From an uncultured virus (IMG/VR IMGVR_UViG_3300031884_000004) (taxonomy: Duplodnaviria; Heunggongvirae; Uroviricota; Caudoviricetes), in IMG/VR virus record IMGVR_UViG_3300031884_000004: a stretch of DNA of 64,000 bases; one strand, written 5' to 3'. How positions within the stretch are numbered: position 1 is the stretch's first letter; every line of letters starts with the position of its first letter. The notes under the pieces are model-generated. The model saw only the letters and a list, made by a program, of their open reading frames with translations, was not told where the DNA came from and did no database searches. Positions 27,982 to 37,186 of this stretch are shown here, piece after piece. The translations under genes were made by a program, and so were the position numbers.

Positions 27982-28871
27982 ACAGCCATAACGGCCTTTA
28001 TGGTACTGTGGCTGATGTAGTCATCTAACACTATATCATCCATTGTAAATTTGTCAATATCTTTTACATCTGGATTCAGATAAAGAATGGGAGAAGCATA
28101 CGGTTCTCTTAACAACTGCTCCTTAACTTGTTCCACATGATTTTGATAGATATGAGTATCACCAGTAGAGATTATCAACTCTCCTACTTCCAGATCACAT
28201 ACATGCGCAATCATGCTAGTTAGTAGAGCGTAACTTGCGATGTTAAAGGGAAGGCCTAAAAAGACATCCACACTCCTTTGGTACATATGACAGCTTAGCT
28301 TTCTGCCCGTACTGACATAGTACTGGCTCATAACGTGACACGGAGGAAGTGCCATTTGATCTAATTCACCTACGTTCCACGCCGATAGGATGTGGCGACG
28401 ACCATTGGGGTCTTTCTTGATGCCTTCGATTAGATTCTTTATTTGGTCAACTTCTGCAATTGGACCACTTGAGACATGCAAGTCTCCGTGTTCGTAGATG
28501 TAATCCGGCGGTGTTCTCCAGTGCCGCCACTGGACTCCGTATACTCGTCCAAGGTCTCCGACGTGTCTCTTTTTATCTGCCCAGTAAGTTGCTTGAGCAT
28601 TTCCTGTCCAGATCGTGTTATACCCTGACTCTCTGGTATCGTGTAGAATCTCACATAACCTTCGTTCATCATTACTTCCTTCTAAAAACCAAAGTAATTC
28701 AGACTTACATGCGTTCCACGCAAGTTTCTTTGTCGTTACTGCCGGAAATCCTTTTGACAAGTCAAAGCGAAGTTGGCGCCCGAAAACACTGATCGTGCCT
28801 ACACCAGTGCGGTCATTTCGTAATTCACCATTATCTAAAATGTCCTGTAATAGGTTTAAGTATTCTTTCAT
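27978..28871 (-). CDS. thyA: thymidylate synthase
   Basis: DRTGVGT, ELLWF, LPPCH, YQRSVDVFLGLPFN and DTHIY motifs. Confidence 0.96.
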   Translation of the reverse strand: MKEYLNLLQDILDNGELRNDRTGVGTISVFGRQLRFDLSKGFPAVTTKKLAWNACKSELLWFLEGSNDERRLCEILHDTRESGYNTIWTGNAQATYWADKKRHVGDLGRVYGVQWRHWRTPPDYIYEHGDLHVSSGPIAEVDQIKNLIEGIKKDPNGRRHILSAWNVGELDQMALPPCHVMSQYYVSTGRKLSCHMYQRSVDVFLGLPFNIASYALLTSMIAHVCDLEVGELIISTGDTHIYQNHVEQVKEQLLREPYASPILYLNPDVKDIDKFTMDDIVLDDYISHSTIKAVMAV

Positions 28872-29332
28872 TTACGCTTCCAAATTTGATACTCATGGTC
28901 AGGAAATACATCGCTGTCTAATATATAATAATGATCTGTTAAGTATAACAAATCAATGAATTTATCACAATCGTATTGGGCAAAGGTCTTAGACAAATAA
29001 ACTTCGGTTACGTAATCCCAACATGCATTTACAAGCTGAGCACCTCCGATGAGCCATGCGTCATCAAATGATGACATGTTTTTTATTAGGGCAGCGTATG
29101 TAATGCATTCCGATTTTTCAGGCATGGTAAACGTTTGACTTGAAACTACTATATTGTGCCTATTGTACAACGGTTTTATAGGAAGACTATCCCAGGTGTT
29201 TCTTCCCATAATTACGGTTTGGTTATCGGTTAAATACTTAAATCTTGGCAAATCGCCCTGAAGTTTAATCCAGGGCAATCTGTTTTTATATCCTATTCCA
29301 CCGTTGGGGTCCGCTGCAATACTGAGTTTCAT
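28868..29332 (-). CDS. folA: dihydrofolate reductase
   Basis: IG...LPW, DLPRFK, VIMGRNTW and IGGAQ motifs. Confidence 0.92.
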   Translation of the reverse strand: MKLSIAADPNGGIGYKNRLPWIKLQGDLPRFKYLTDNQTVIMGRNTWDSLPIKPLYNRHNIVVSSQTFTMPEKSECITYAALIKNMSSFDDAWLIGGAQLVNACWDYVTEVYLSKTFAQYDCDKFIDLLYLTDHYYILDSDVFPDHEYQIWKRK

Positions 29333-29625
29333 AATCCATTCAATAGTTTATCTGTTTCAGGCTGAACAGTTTCTGCTATGCTTTGTATATCTAACATAAA
29401 CTCAATACTAAGCACATCATCGCCAAGTTCGATAAGTTTTCTGCTTATCACTTCTTCGATTTCCTCAGGAGCAACTCCTTGACCCAATAGCTTAGCAATA
29501 TTAATTGTCTGTTGCTTTTTACCGCGTAAACGTAATATTAGCTTCTTGACAAACTGTAACGGAAAGGTCTGCTTGTCAACACCTTCAATTAACCGCTCCC
29601 ATTTTTGAATAAATTCAGGGGACAT
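29329..29625 (-). CDS. hypothetical protein
   Basis: 98-aa ORF. Confidence 0.65.
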   Translation of the reverse strand: MSPEFIQKWERLIEGVDKQTFPLQFVKKLILRLRGKKQQTINIAKLLGQGVAPEEIEEVISRKLIELGDDVLSIEFMLDIQSIAETVQPETDKLLNGL

Positions 29626-29639
29626 TTATTTACTAGCCT

Positions 29640-30344
29640 TTATGCGGTAATGGTGACCTTCTTTGGTCTACCTCGTGTCTTCTTATCTTCGGATGTTTTT
29701 ACCGAAACCGTAGTTGCTTGTGGCACTACAGTTGGATCTAACGACCGGGCTTCATTGAGTAACCGATCTGCTTCGGTTAGTAGCCCCTTAGCTTCTGCAC
29801 TCATGCGTTCTGCTTGTTGACGAAGATTGTTAGCTAATACCGAATCACCTAAAGCATCACCGCTTGCTTGAAGCCCCACTGGTGCTGTGGGCTTTGGTTC
29901 ACTATCGCCGCGCATTCTCTTAGCGACTTGCATTGGGTCTTGCATACCCATCTGCTTGTCCATTTCAGCTAGCTTCTTTACTGCTTGCTCACCTTGCTTC
30001 ATTTCGTCTAGAATCTTATTAAGCTCATTGAGCTTGATTCTTGTGTTTGGTGCAGGTGTCATAACGATATGTTCAGTCTGAACCTTCTTCAACATACCTT
30101 CAGCATGTAACTTCTGTAGAATAAGTTGTCCATCTTTGGTGTAAGACCGGTTAAGTGCGTTAGCTAGGTCTTCACTGCTTTGACCAATATCGCTTTCGAT
30201 GCATTGAATCATCGGATCGTGAATATTCTGATTGAGTAGTTCCGTATACACTACTAGACACATATGGGGTTCACCGGGCACTTCCCGAAATACAATTGCT
30301 ACCTTACGGTCTCCGTGCTTCCCTACATGGCGGATAAATGACAT
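29640..30344 (-). CDS. hypothetical phage protein
   Basis: 234-aa ORF with AGGAG SD and C-terminal RGRPKK. Confidence 0.7.
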   Translation of the reverse strand: MSFIRHVGKHGDRKVAIVFREVPGEPHMCLVVYTELLNQNIHDPMIQCIESDIGQSSEDLANALNRSYTKDGQLILQKLHAEGMLKKVQTEHIVMTPAPNTRIKLNELNKILDEMKQGEQAVKKLAEMDKQMGMQDPMQVAKRMRGDSEPKPTAPVGLQASGDALGDSVLANNLRQQAERMSAEAKGLLTEADRLLNEARSLDPTVVPQATTVSVKTSEDKKTRGRPKKVTITA

Positions 30345-30401
30345 TATTAATTCTCCTTTGCTAAAAGTATTTAGTGAGTAGGGTGTGTTGGTATAAAAAA
30401 G

Positions 30402-30469
30402 ATAAATAAGTGTGAGTCGCAGTATTACTAGTACCCACTCACTCTAACAGCTTATAAGTAGCAATCAGC
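30402..30469 (+). promoter_or_regulatory. conserved structured leader of HNH gene, copy 1
   Basis: ATAAATA-NN-TGTGAGTCGC-[hairpin]-CACTCACTCTAA...ATCAGC-ATG, shared with 41229-41293. Confidence 0.75.
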
Positions 30470-31114
30470 ATGTGTATTTATTGTGGTACAAACAAGTACC
30501 GTAATATCTATGAACATCACTACGGTCCAATTCCTAAGGAAGAGTCGGGTCGGTCATATGAAATACATCATATAGACGGAAATCATTCCAATAATAATCC
30601 TGCTAACTTGAAATGTGTATCTATACAAGAACATTACAACATTCATTATTCACAGGGTGATTGGGCAGCTTGTGTAAAAATGTCAAGTAGGATCAACTTA
30701 CTTCCCGATGAGCTAGTAGCCCTCGCAACAAAAAATGCTAACAAGCTAGTTAAAACGGGCAAGCATCCTTGGGTTGGGCCCAACAAGCACCAAGCGCAAC
30801 TAAACAGAGACCGCATTCTTAATGGAACACATAATTGGTTGGACAGGGAAGCTGCCAGTAAACGACAATTAAACAGACTTGCTGCCGGGACTCATCATTT
30901 TGTTAATGACCCCAAGAAAAAAGAAAAACATCCGCAGTATGACCATACTGTTAGAACTTGGAAAAATCGTATGACCGGGGAGGTAGTATCAATGACGAAT
31001 TATCAATTAAGGACATGTTATAATCTCAAGTCCGGTGCAATTAGTCGTATTGTAAATAACAAAGGACTTAACGCTACTGGAGGGTGGGAACTAGTAAGAC
31101 CTAGCCCCACTTGA
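30470..31114 (+). CDS. HNH homing endonuclease with GTH-x-F repeats (the only credible plus-strand gene)
   Basis: EIHHIDGNHSNNNPANL...EHYNIH; GKHPW, GTHNW and GTHHF repeats. Confidence 0.85.
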   Translation: MCIYCGTNKYRNIYEHHYGPIPKEESGRSYEIHHIDGNHSNNNPANLKCVSIQEHYNIHYSQGDWAACVKMSSRINLLPDELVALATKNANKLVKTGKHPWVGPNKHQAQLNRDRILNGTHNWLDREAASKRQLNRLAAGTHHFVNDPKKKEKHPQYDHTVRTWKNRMTGEVVSMTNYQLRTCYNLKSGAISRIVNNKGLNATGGWELVRPSPT

Positions 31115-31397
31115 GTTCGTAAAACACTGCTTCTTGTGGATCTTCAAACGATGGACAAAGTGCTATTCTATTCATAATATAGGTCGATGTGTTGGGGTAA
31201 TGTGTAGAAAATCTGCCTTGAAGGCTTTCCAAAATCCACATGCGCGACTCGATAGTAAAAGGAGTGCTTGATCTTATAAAATGTTCAGGGGTATGACTTA
31301 ATTCTCGGTCCATGAACCACTGATTTATGTTAATGTCGTCAATTGTTTTCACGGTTTTCTGCCTTAACAAGTGCGTATAACATTTCCAGCTTTTCAA
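31101..31397 (-). CDS. small protein of the F-x-L-(R/K)-W family (start probably at the GTG encoding VKTID)
   Basis: C-terminal SFEDPQEAVFYELKW. Confidence 0.6.
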   Translation of the reverse strand: MKSWKCYTHLLRQKTVKTIDDININQWFMDRELSHTPEHFIRSSTPFTIESRMWILESLQGRFSTHYPNTSTYIMNRIALCPSFEDPQEAVFYELKWG

Positions 31398-31602
31398 GTT
31401 GGTCGTTTAGTGCAACGTTGTTTTCTGCTAGCCTTACTATGTCATACATGATATCGCAACGTTTTTTACGCGCTCTATAATCGGATTCTGCTGTCCTAAT
31501 TCAGATTTTAAATCTTGTACTAGAATGCGATCAGACGACCCACGCTTTCTGGCGTAGATCGTCTTTCCGCTATCTGGGGATTCATAGATTACTTCCCCGA
31601 TG
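31339..31602 (-). pseudogene. small phage gene split by a -1 frameshift
   Basis: IYESPDSGKTIYAR in one frame; DIVRLAENNVALNDQLEKLEMLYALVK in the -1 frame after GTA AAA AAC. Confidence 0.5.
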
Positions 31603-31620
31603 CTTAGTATGCCCTTGAAG

Positions 31621-32910
31621 TTAGGACTTGCGATGGTCATCATAAATGGCCCATTGACCGAAGGGCGGGTGAGGATCGGGGTCACCGTGAATGATCCAAG
31701 TCGTATCACAGTAATTTTGATCGCCCCAGCTGCCGCAAGGATACCCGTCCGTGAAGACGATCAGACGAGCCGGAACTCGTCCTGCTTCCTTAAGGTCATC
31801 GAATACGCAGTCAAAGTCAGTGCCACCGCCACCGAACAGTTGATACTCCTCAATGTTTTCCATGTTTTCAGAAGAAAATTCTTGAGTGTTATAGACCTTA
31901 GTGTCGAATGTCGAGACCCGAAGGCTGTAGCCATCGAACGCATCCATCATGCCGGCAACTTCCGAAAGAAACTGCATACCTTGCTTCTGCGAGATAGAAC
32001 CTGACATGTCGATATAAATGTCAACGTCAATTTCTTCGCCAGGATTCATGCCGGGCATGACAGCGTCCATGTGCCAGCTGCGACGAGAAGGACGCATCCA
32101 AGTATAATCAGACTTGATAGCAGAGGTCAGATTAGTTTGGATCAATTCGCGCCAGGGCATGATCGGGCTAGTCAGTTGCTTGATCATGCGTTCAACGCCC
32201 TTCGGAACAGTGCCAGCCTCAGCCGTAGAAGCAGCGTTGATTACCGCTTGACGGACCTCTTGACGAATGCGGTCCTTTTCTTCCTGAGAAAGCTTGGGGC
32301 GGCCCTTGCCAGGTTTGTCGCCGCCTGCGCGGCCGTCGCCGTCGTCGTCACCGTCAACGTGATCGTCCAACATCTTGTCGAGGAGATCCTCAATATTGAT
32401 GTACTTGACATTCTTCATGAGGTCATCGTAGATGGCTTCTGCGGCCCAGTTTTCGTACTTAGACTCATACAAGCAAGGCACAGTAGTAATAAATTCGCCC
32501 ACGCGGTGACGCTTCAAGTCTGCGTTGACTGCATAGTCATCAGCGATGTTCCAGATTTCCGGATCACGATTGTCACGACGACCCATGTGATCGTAGACCA
32601 CGTGCAGAACTTCGTGACCAACGAGGAATTCAACTTCCTTCGTCTTGAGCATCATGATGAAGCGAGAGTTATAGTAAAATCTCAGACCGTCGGTCGCAGC
32701 AGTCGGACACCATTCGTCCGCATTAGTAAGAGCAAGACGAGTAGCAAGGTTGCCGAAAAACGCATGACGCAGAAGGAGACCGATGCGTGCCGTAACAAGA
32801 CGTTCGCGGGCTTGAGCATCAATCTTAGGATCCATAGGACCGATAAGATTTTCGTACTTCTTGCTGCGAGTACGCTTGCTCTTTTTAGTAGGGGTAATTA
32901 CGGCGCTCAT
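31621..32910 (-). CDS. VWA-like/putative metallopeptidase (DUF2201-like), partner of the MoxR-like ATPase
   Basis: TAATDG, HEVLH (HExxH), IDMSGS (MIDAS), GGGGTDF and FTDG motifs. Confidence 0.88.
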   Translation of the reverse strand: MSAVITPTKKSKRTRSKKYENLIGPMDPKIDAQARERLVTARIGLLLRHAFFGNLATRLALTNADEWCPTAATDGLRFYYNSRFIMMLKTKEVEFLVGHEVLHVVYDHMGRRDNRDPEIWNIADDYAVNADLKRHRVGEFITTVPCLYESKYENWAAEAIYDDLMKNVKYINIEDLLDKMLDDHVDGDDDGDGRAGGDKPGKGRPKLSQEEKDRIRQEVRQAVINAASTAEAGTVPKGVERMIKQLTSPIMPWRELIQTNLTSAIKSDYTWMRPSRRSWHMDAVMPGMNPGEEIDVDIYIDMSGSISQKQGMQFLSEVAGMMDAFDGYSLRVSTFDTKVYNTQEFSSENMENIEEYQLFGGGGTDFDCVFDDLKEAGRVPARLIVFTDGYPCGSWGDQNYCDTTWIIHGDPDPHPPFGQWAIYDDHRKS

Positions 32911-32939
32911 GAATGTGTCCTTTGATTAAGTTATAAGAC

Positions 32940-32968
32940 AATATAACAGAATGCGGCATGATATGCAA
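32940..32968 (-). promoter_or_regulatory. sigma70-type promoter
   Basis: TTGCAT-17 nt-TATATT; shares TTCTGTTATATT with the 11469 promoter. Confidence 0.55.
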
Positions 32969-32978
32969 TAGATAATAG

Positions 32979-33012
32979 AAAAAAGGGGAGGGACTGTCTC
33001 TAATCCCTCCCC
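32979..33012 (-). terminator. intrinsic terminator
   Basis: GGGGAGGGA...TCCCTCCCC stem followed by a T-run on the minus strand. Confidence 0.75.
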
Positions 33013-33025
33013 AGGAGCCGCTGAC

Positions 33026-34126
33026 TTAGTTGCCAGCTTCTACAATGTACTTGCCGTACTTCTTGTAGAATTCATCAAAGTTACGCAGTTGCGAGGGCTC
33101 AAGCGGCAGCTTGTAAGTCTTGAGGGCGATCTTAGCGCCCATGACCACCAGTTCCGTCTCGAAATTATTCATGATGTATTCGATGAAGTTGCTGCCCATT
33201 TCATGGAACTTCTTGTTGTCCACACGCTTGTTTTCGAGAGCGTCCTTCAGTTCATAGCACATGGAGATCGTCAACGAGTACATAGCCGAGATTTCCTTGA
33301 CCTTAAGATCCTTGACCCTACCTTCAAGAATGTCAGCCGGGTCAGGCATCTGACCAGCAACTCGACGGTGAGCCATGAACTTCGTTGCGAGACCATCACC
33401 GATCGCGCCGGCAACGAGATTGAACAGAGTATCGTTATCCACGTTTTGTTCGTCAACGAGCAGATCGCTCACGAAAGTCCAAGAACGAGGAGTAGCGAAG
33501 GCTCGACTGGAGCTCTTAGCGTCGAAGTCATAACCGTCTTGCTTAGAGAAAGACAGATAGCCGACAACGTCCTTGTGAATGTTCTTGTTGACCGCCCAAA
33601 TCTGCCAAGAAGCGAAATCATACTTCATTTCGAGGTGAACGAAGCGATTAGCAAGGGGCATGGGCATACGATACGTGACACCCTTGTCACTGTCACGGTT
33701 GCCAGCAGCAACGATGACGACGTTATCGGGGAGGACGTACTTACCGACTCGACGGTTCAGAACCAGCTGATAGCCAGCAGCTTGCACCGAAGGGGGAGCA
33801 GAGTTCATTTCATCGAGGAACAGAACGACGATCGGATATTGATCGGCGACTTCTTGACTGGGCAGATCGACGGGCTCAGCCCAATCCATCTTGCCGATGT
33901 ACTTATTGTAGAAGGGAATACCGCGAATGTCAGTAGGTTCCATCTGCGCCATACGCAGATCAAACATGATACCACCGAGTTCGTCAGTGATTTCCTGAAC
34001 GACTTCCGACTTGCCGATGCCCGGAGGACCCCAGAGGAAGACAGGACGCTTTGCCTTGAAAGCAGTGAGGATGGCCTTTCGGGCCTGAGTAGAAGTAATC
34101 GTGTGAGTGTCAATATCACGAGACAT
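33026..34126 (-). CDS. MoxR-like AAA+ ATPase
   Basis: GPPGIGKS, LFLDEMN, AAGN, NRF and TPRSW motifs. Confidence 0.9.
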   Translation of the reverse strand: MSRDIDTHTITSTQARKAILTAFKAKRPVFLWGPPGIGKSEVVQEITDELGGIMFDLRMAQMEPTDIRGIPFYNKYIGKMDWAEPVDLPSQEVADQYPIVVLFLDEMNSAPPSVQAAGYQLVLNRRVGKYVLPDNVVIVAAGNRDSDKGVTYRMPMPLANRFVHLEMKYDFASWQIWAVNKNIHKDVVGYLSFSKQDGYDFDAKSSSRAFATPRSWTFVSDLLVDEQNVDNDTLFNLVAGAIGDGLATKFMAHRRVAGQMPDPADILEGRVKDLKVKEISAMYSLTISMCYELKDALENKRVDNKKFHEMGSNFIEYIMNNFETELVVMGAKIALKTYKLPLEPSQLRNFDEFYKKYGKYIVEAGN

Positions 34127-34249
34127 GTTTATATAGCTCCTTAAGTTTGTTAAAAAACGAGATTGAGATTTGTTTCCTGTTGGTCAATCTATGATTAAAA
34201 ATAACGCAGCTAGAAAGCTAAGTCAACCGCTTTTTTGTTTCTGAATGTT

Positions 34250-34519
34250 TCAAGCCATCAACTGCGCAATGAGTAGCAATTGAGCTAAGTAGGACATGGC
34301 AGTTTGGATCTCCGCCTTCTTCTTATTACGTGCGATAGTCCAACGAGAGCGGGGGCCGGTTCTCCTTGCATACACCTCAAGTTTGCTTAGTTCTGAAATC
34401 AGACCATACAGATTAATATGTAACCTGTGCAAGTCGGAATTATAAGGAAGTCGGTTGAGTTGTTTAGTTAGATCGACTAGGACAGTCTGCGCTTCGATGG
34501 AGTCTAGAAATGTAATCAT
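34250..34519 (-). CDS. hypothetical protein
   Basis: 89-aa ORF after a TTGACA promoter-like site. Confidence 0.55.
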   Translation of the reverse strand: MITFLDSIEAQTVLVDLTKQLNRLPYNSDLHRLHINLYGLISELSKLEVYARRTGPRSRWTIARNKKKAEIQTAMSYLAQLLLIAQLMA

Positions 34520-34550
34520 GTCCGCACATTAATAAGCATTTGGGTAAATG

Positions 34551-35129
34551 TCAACCCCAGCCCAAACTCGCATTGTTTTTTTGTGCGAATTGAATAATCT
34601 GAATGAGTCTGTCCACGTACTTATTAATCTGATCTTGACTGAGGCCATAGTCGTGCATCGTTGGGCCGCGACCTATATGTGTGATTCCATGGTCATCTGT
34701 CCATTGATGTGTCGGGCCACGTTCTTGTTTAGGCTCTCTGGTGTACTGCTGAGCACCTTTGTTTTTAAGCAGTATCAATCGACGCATTATGTTAGATAAG
34801 TCTTTATTATGAATGACACCTGAATAATCCGGATCCAAACCTAACATTTCTTGAATAATTTTACCATTGGCGTTACTGACCGAAAGCTCCGGCGCATCTG
34901 AAAAAGTTTCCTCTTCGTACCCTTTGCCGCCGCAGAATACGCAAGGAAATTCGCCGTTTGAATATGTTCCCTTGCCTGTACCTTTGCAGTCAGGACATTC
35001 GTGTTTCTCTTTGCGTTCCCAATCAGAACCAGTCCAATACGTTTCGCCGGCATGTTCCCCTTTAGTAAAAGATTTTTCTACTACAGGATTAAACGTCATT
35101 CCTTCGTTCAGTACATCTTTGATTTTCAT
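34551..35129 (-). CDS. putative virion internal protein with DnaJ-type CxxCxGxG motifs
   Basis: MKIKDVLNE leader; CPDCKGTG and CVFCGGKG. Confidence 0.6.
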   Translation of the reverse strand: MKIKDVLNEGMTFNPVVEKSFTKGEHAGETYWTGSDWERKEKHECPDCKGTGKGTYSNGEFPCVFCGGKGYEEETFSDAPELSVSNANGKIIQEMLGLDPDYSGVIHNKDLSNIMRRLILLKNKGAQQYTREPKQERGPTHQWTDDHGITHIGRGPTMHDYGLSQDQINKYVDRLIQIIQFAQKNNASLGWG

Positions 35130-35130
35130 G

Positions 35131-37164
35131 TTAAATCTTTCCGTTAGGATTGGCTTGTGGAGGTATACCTGCCCGTGATGTTAGCCATCCGAATGCCTTA
35201 GCATTTTTCTTTATTGCGTTCGGTTTCACGTCTACCGTAAGCGCGGTTTTAAAACGAGGATCGTTCTTTTGGGAATTGCTTGGAATGTACCCTGAGGCTT
35301 CGGTTAGCGCTTGATAGAAAGTAGACGCAGGCTTGTTCCAGTTTGTTTCACTACGAATTACTCGCTGTACGCTCGGATCAAACGGATCAGCATCAGTAAA
35401 CCATCCCGGGTTGTCATCACCGTACTGGTCTTTGGCGATATCTAACAGCGTGTTAGGTGTCACGACCCCTGTGCCATCATAATATTTGCCGTTATATTCA
35501 ACTACAACATGATACAAGTCAGCTTCGTTGGCTACAATATCAGAAGGGGTTCCTAAATTATTAGCATCATTAAACAGCAAACCCAGCGTGACCGGGATTC
35601 CATCCTCTTTCAATTTTTTTGCTAAAGCCAACGAGAACATTCCACAGTTTCCACCGTATAATGCATCTTCGCCCATTCTTTCTCTTGCTTTATCGACAAG
35701 AGATAATACAGGATCATTCTTTTGGGCACTGTTTGGAATGTATCCTGAGTCTTTGTTTACGTTACCTGATTGTTGTTTTTTTTTGGTCAATCTGAATCCC
35801 ACAGAATTACCGTATGTAGGATCTCTATACGAATATGGTCCACCAACTTCATATGGAAACTCTTTTGACAGACGTTTTGCCATACTAGTGTACAGCTTAA
35901 CCTTTGTGGGTTCGTCTGCATAACATCCAAATGAGATTGAAGACGGTGAATTTTCTTTTATGTATGAACGAAGAATTGTAGCGATAGTAGACATTACCTT
36001 AATAGAGTCGCCGGTTTTAGTGATGCGAAATCTATCATCATTGCTAGACTGTCCCGCAGCATGAAATCGCAAACTAACTCCACCGTACATAACTTTAAGT
36101 TCAACTATATATTTTATATTATTTGCTGCTGTAAATTGGTACTCTAGCATGTGAGGTCCGCTAGAAGTTAGAGTATACGGATAAGGAGCATCTGCTAGTT
36201 CAGTTAAAGTCTGTTCCTCCAAAGAAGCCTTAGCTAACTTGTCATAATACTTCGGATCCTCGCTGATATGATCCAATGCAATCTCTCGCGCAATGTCTTT
36301 ATGACTAGTATGTTCTAGTTCGACCTTTATACCTTTGTCCAGTTGCTTTGCTATGGACATTCGGTCTACACCGTGTTTTCTAGCCAGTTCATCTACGGTG
36401 AGGGTTGGTTTATCTAGTAGCTGGTCATCTTCTTCGATGCTTAGCTTTTTACTGTGTAGAGAATCACGCACTGCATATAGGTCATCGATTCCGCCTTGCG
36501 CACGAATTGCTTTATATGCAAGATTTTCTGGACTAAATTCGCCACCTGTGTCAAGACCTGCCTGGCGATATCTCTTAATTAGCTTAATAGCTTTGTTGAC
36601 ACGATCTTCATCTTTAGTCTTTACTGCTAGACTGATTAGGTCGGTTAATTGATCGTACTTTGCTTTGGTAGCATTTTGATCTAGATTGGCTGTTTTTCTT
36701 TTAGGAATCTTGATCCACTTGTCATGAAGCAGGCTGTATTCACCTAATGATACGACCGGCTCTGCGGCATTCTGCGCATATAGTTCGACTGGAATGCCAT
36801 GCACTGTGATATCGTGCGAATCGTTATATAGAGTTTTCTTTGCTCTGAACAATTCCTGATAGACTTCATCGTCGTGTAGCTTGCTCATATTCACAACAAC
36901 GTGAAGGTCTAAGTCAGAATGAGGAGTATATGAGAAAGCTGCGTTAGATCCAGATATAGTTACGTCAACCACATCAAGATCACCTACGCCCAATTGGCTC
37001 ACAAAATCTTTTGCTATGACTAATAATTGGTCTCTGACCAATGGATCAAGCTGGTCATTCTTCCAAAGCTTTGGGTTTAGTTTGGTGTGGAATTTGACCG
37101 CATCTGATAATTTAAAAGAATGAAGTTCGTTGATGTCCATACTGTATTTAGTAATGAACATCAA
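35131..37164 (-). CDS. multidomain protein: Pol-beta-type nucleotidyltransferase, DUF5661-like domain, unknown domain and Cys-His-Asp domain (likely start 37140)
   Basis: GSNA...SDLDLH; KGIKVELEH...ALDHISEDPKYY; GNCGMF...HVVV...YYDGTG. Confidence 0.7.
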   Translation of the reverse strand: MMFITKYSMDINELHSFKLSDAVKFHTKLNPKLWKNDQLDPLVRDQLLVIAKDFVSQLGVGDLDVVDVTISGSNAAFSYTPHSDLDLHVVVNMSKLHDDEVYQELFRAKKTLYNDSHDITVHGIPVELYAQNAAEPVVSLGEYSLLHDKWIKIPKRKTANLDQNATKAKYDQLTDLISLAVKTKDEDRVNKAIKLIKRYRQAGLDTGGEFSPENLAYKAIRAQGGIDDLYAVRDSLHSKKLSIEEDDQLLDKPTLTVDELARKHGVDRMSIAKQLDKGIKVELEHTSHKDIAREIALDHISEDPKYYDKLAKASLEEQTLTELADAPYPYTLTSSGPHMLEYQFTAANNIKYIVELKVMYGGVSLRFHAAGQSSNDDRFRITKTGDSIKVMSTIATILRSYIKENSPSSISFGCYADEPTKVKLYTSMAKRLSKEFPYEVGGPYSYRDPTYGNSVGFRLTKKKQQSGNVNKDSGYIPNSAQKNDPVLSLVDKARERMGEDALYGGNCGMFSLALAKKLKEDGIPVTLGLLFNDANNLGTPSDIVANEADLYHVVVEYNGKYYDGTGVVTPNTLLDIAKDQYGDDNPGWFTDADPFDPSVQRVIRSETNWNKPASTFYQALTEASGYIPSNSQKNDPRFKTALTVDVKPNAIKKNAKAFGWLTSRAGIPPQANPNGKI
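35258..35749. repeat. 39-nt imperfect direct repeat (35258-35296 and 35711-35749)
   Basis: 34/39 identity by manual alignment; both copies encode SGYIPxxxQKNDP. Confidence 0.85.
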
Positions 37165-37186
37165 CTAACTTCACTTATATAAAGAA

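Noticed and set aside
27978..28871. ThyA as a dCMP hydroxymethylase for DNA hypermodification
   Set aside because: It keeps the canonical dUMP-specifying Asn (GLPFNIASY) and sits next to DHFR
32071..34144. Long plus-strand ORFs (32071-32925 and 33089-34144; also 12270-12929)
   Set aside because: They are antisense shadows of well-supported minus-strand genes with biased codon usage and have no recognisable motifs
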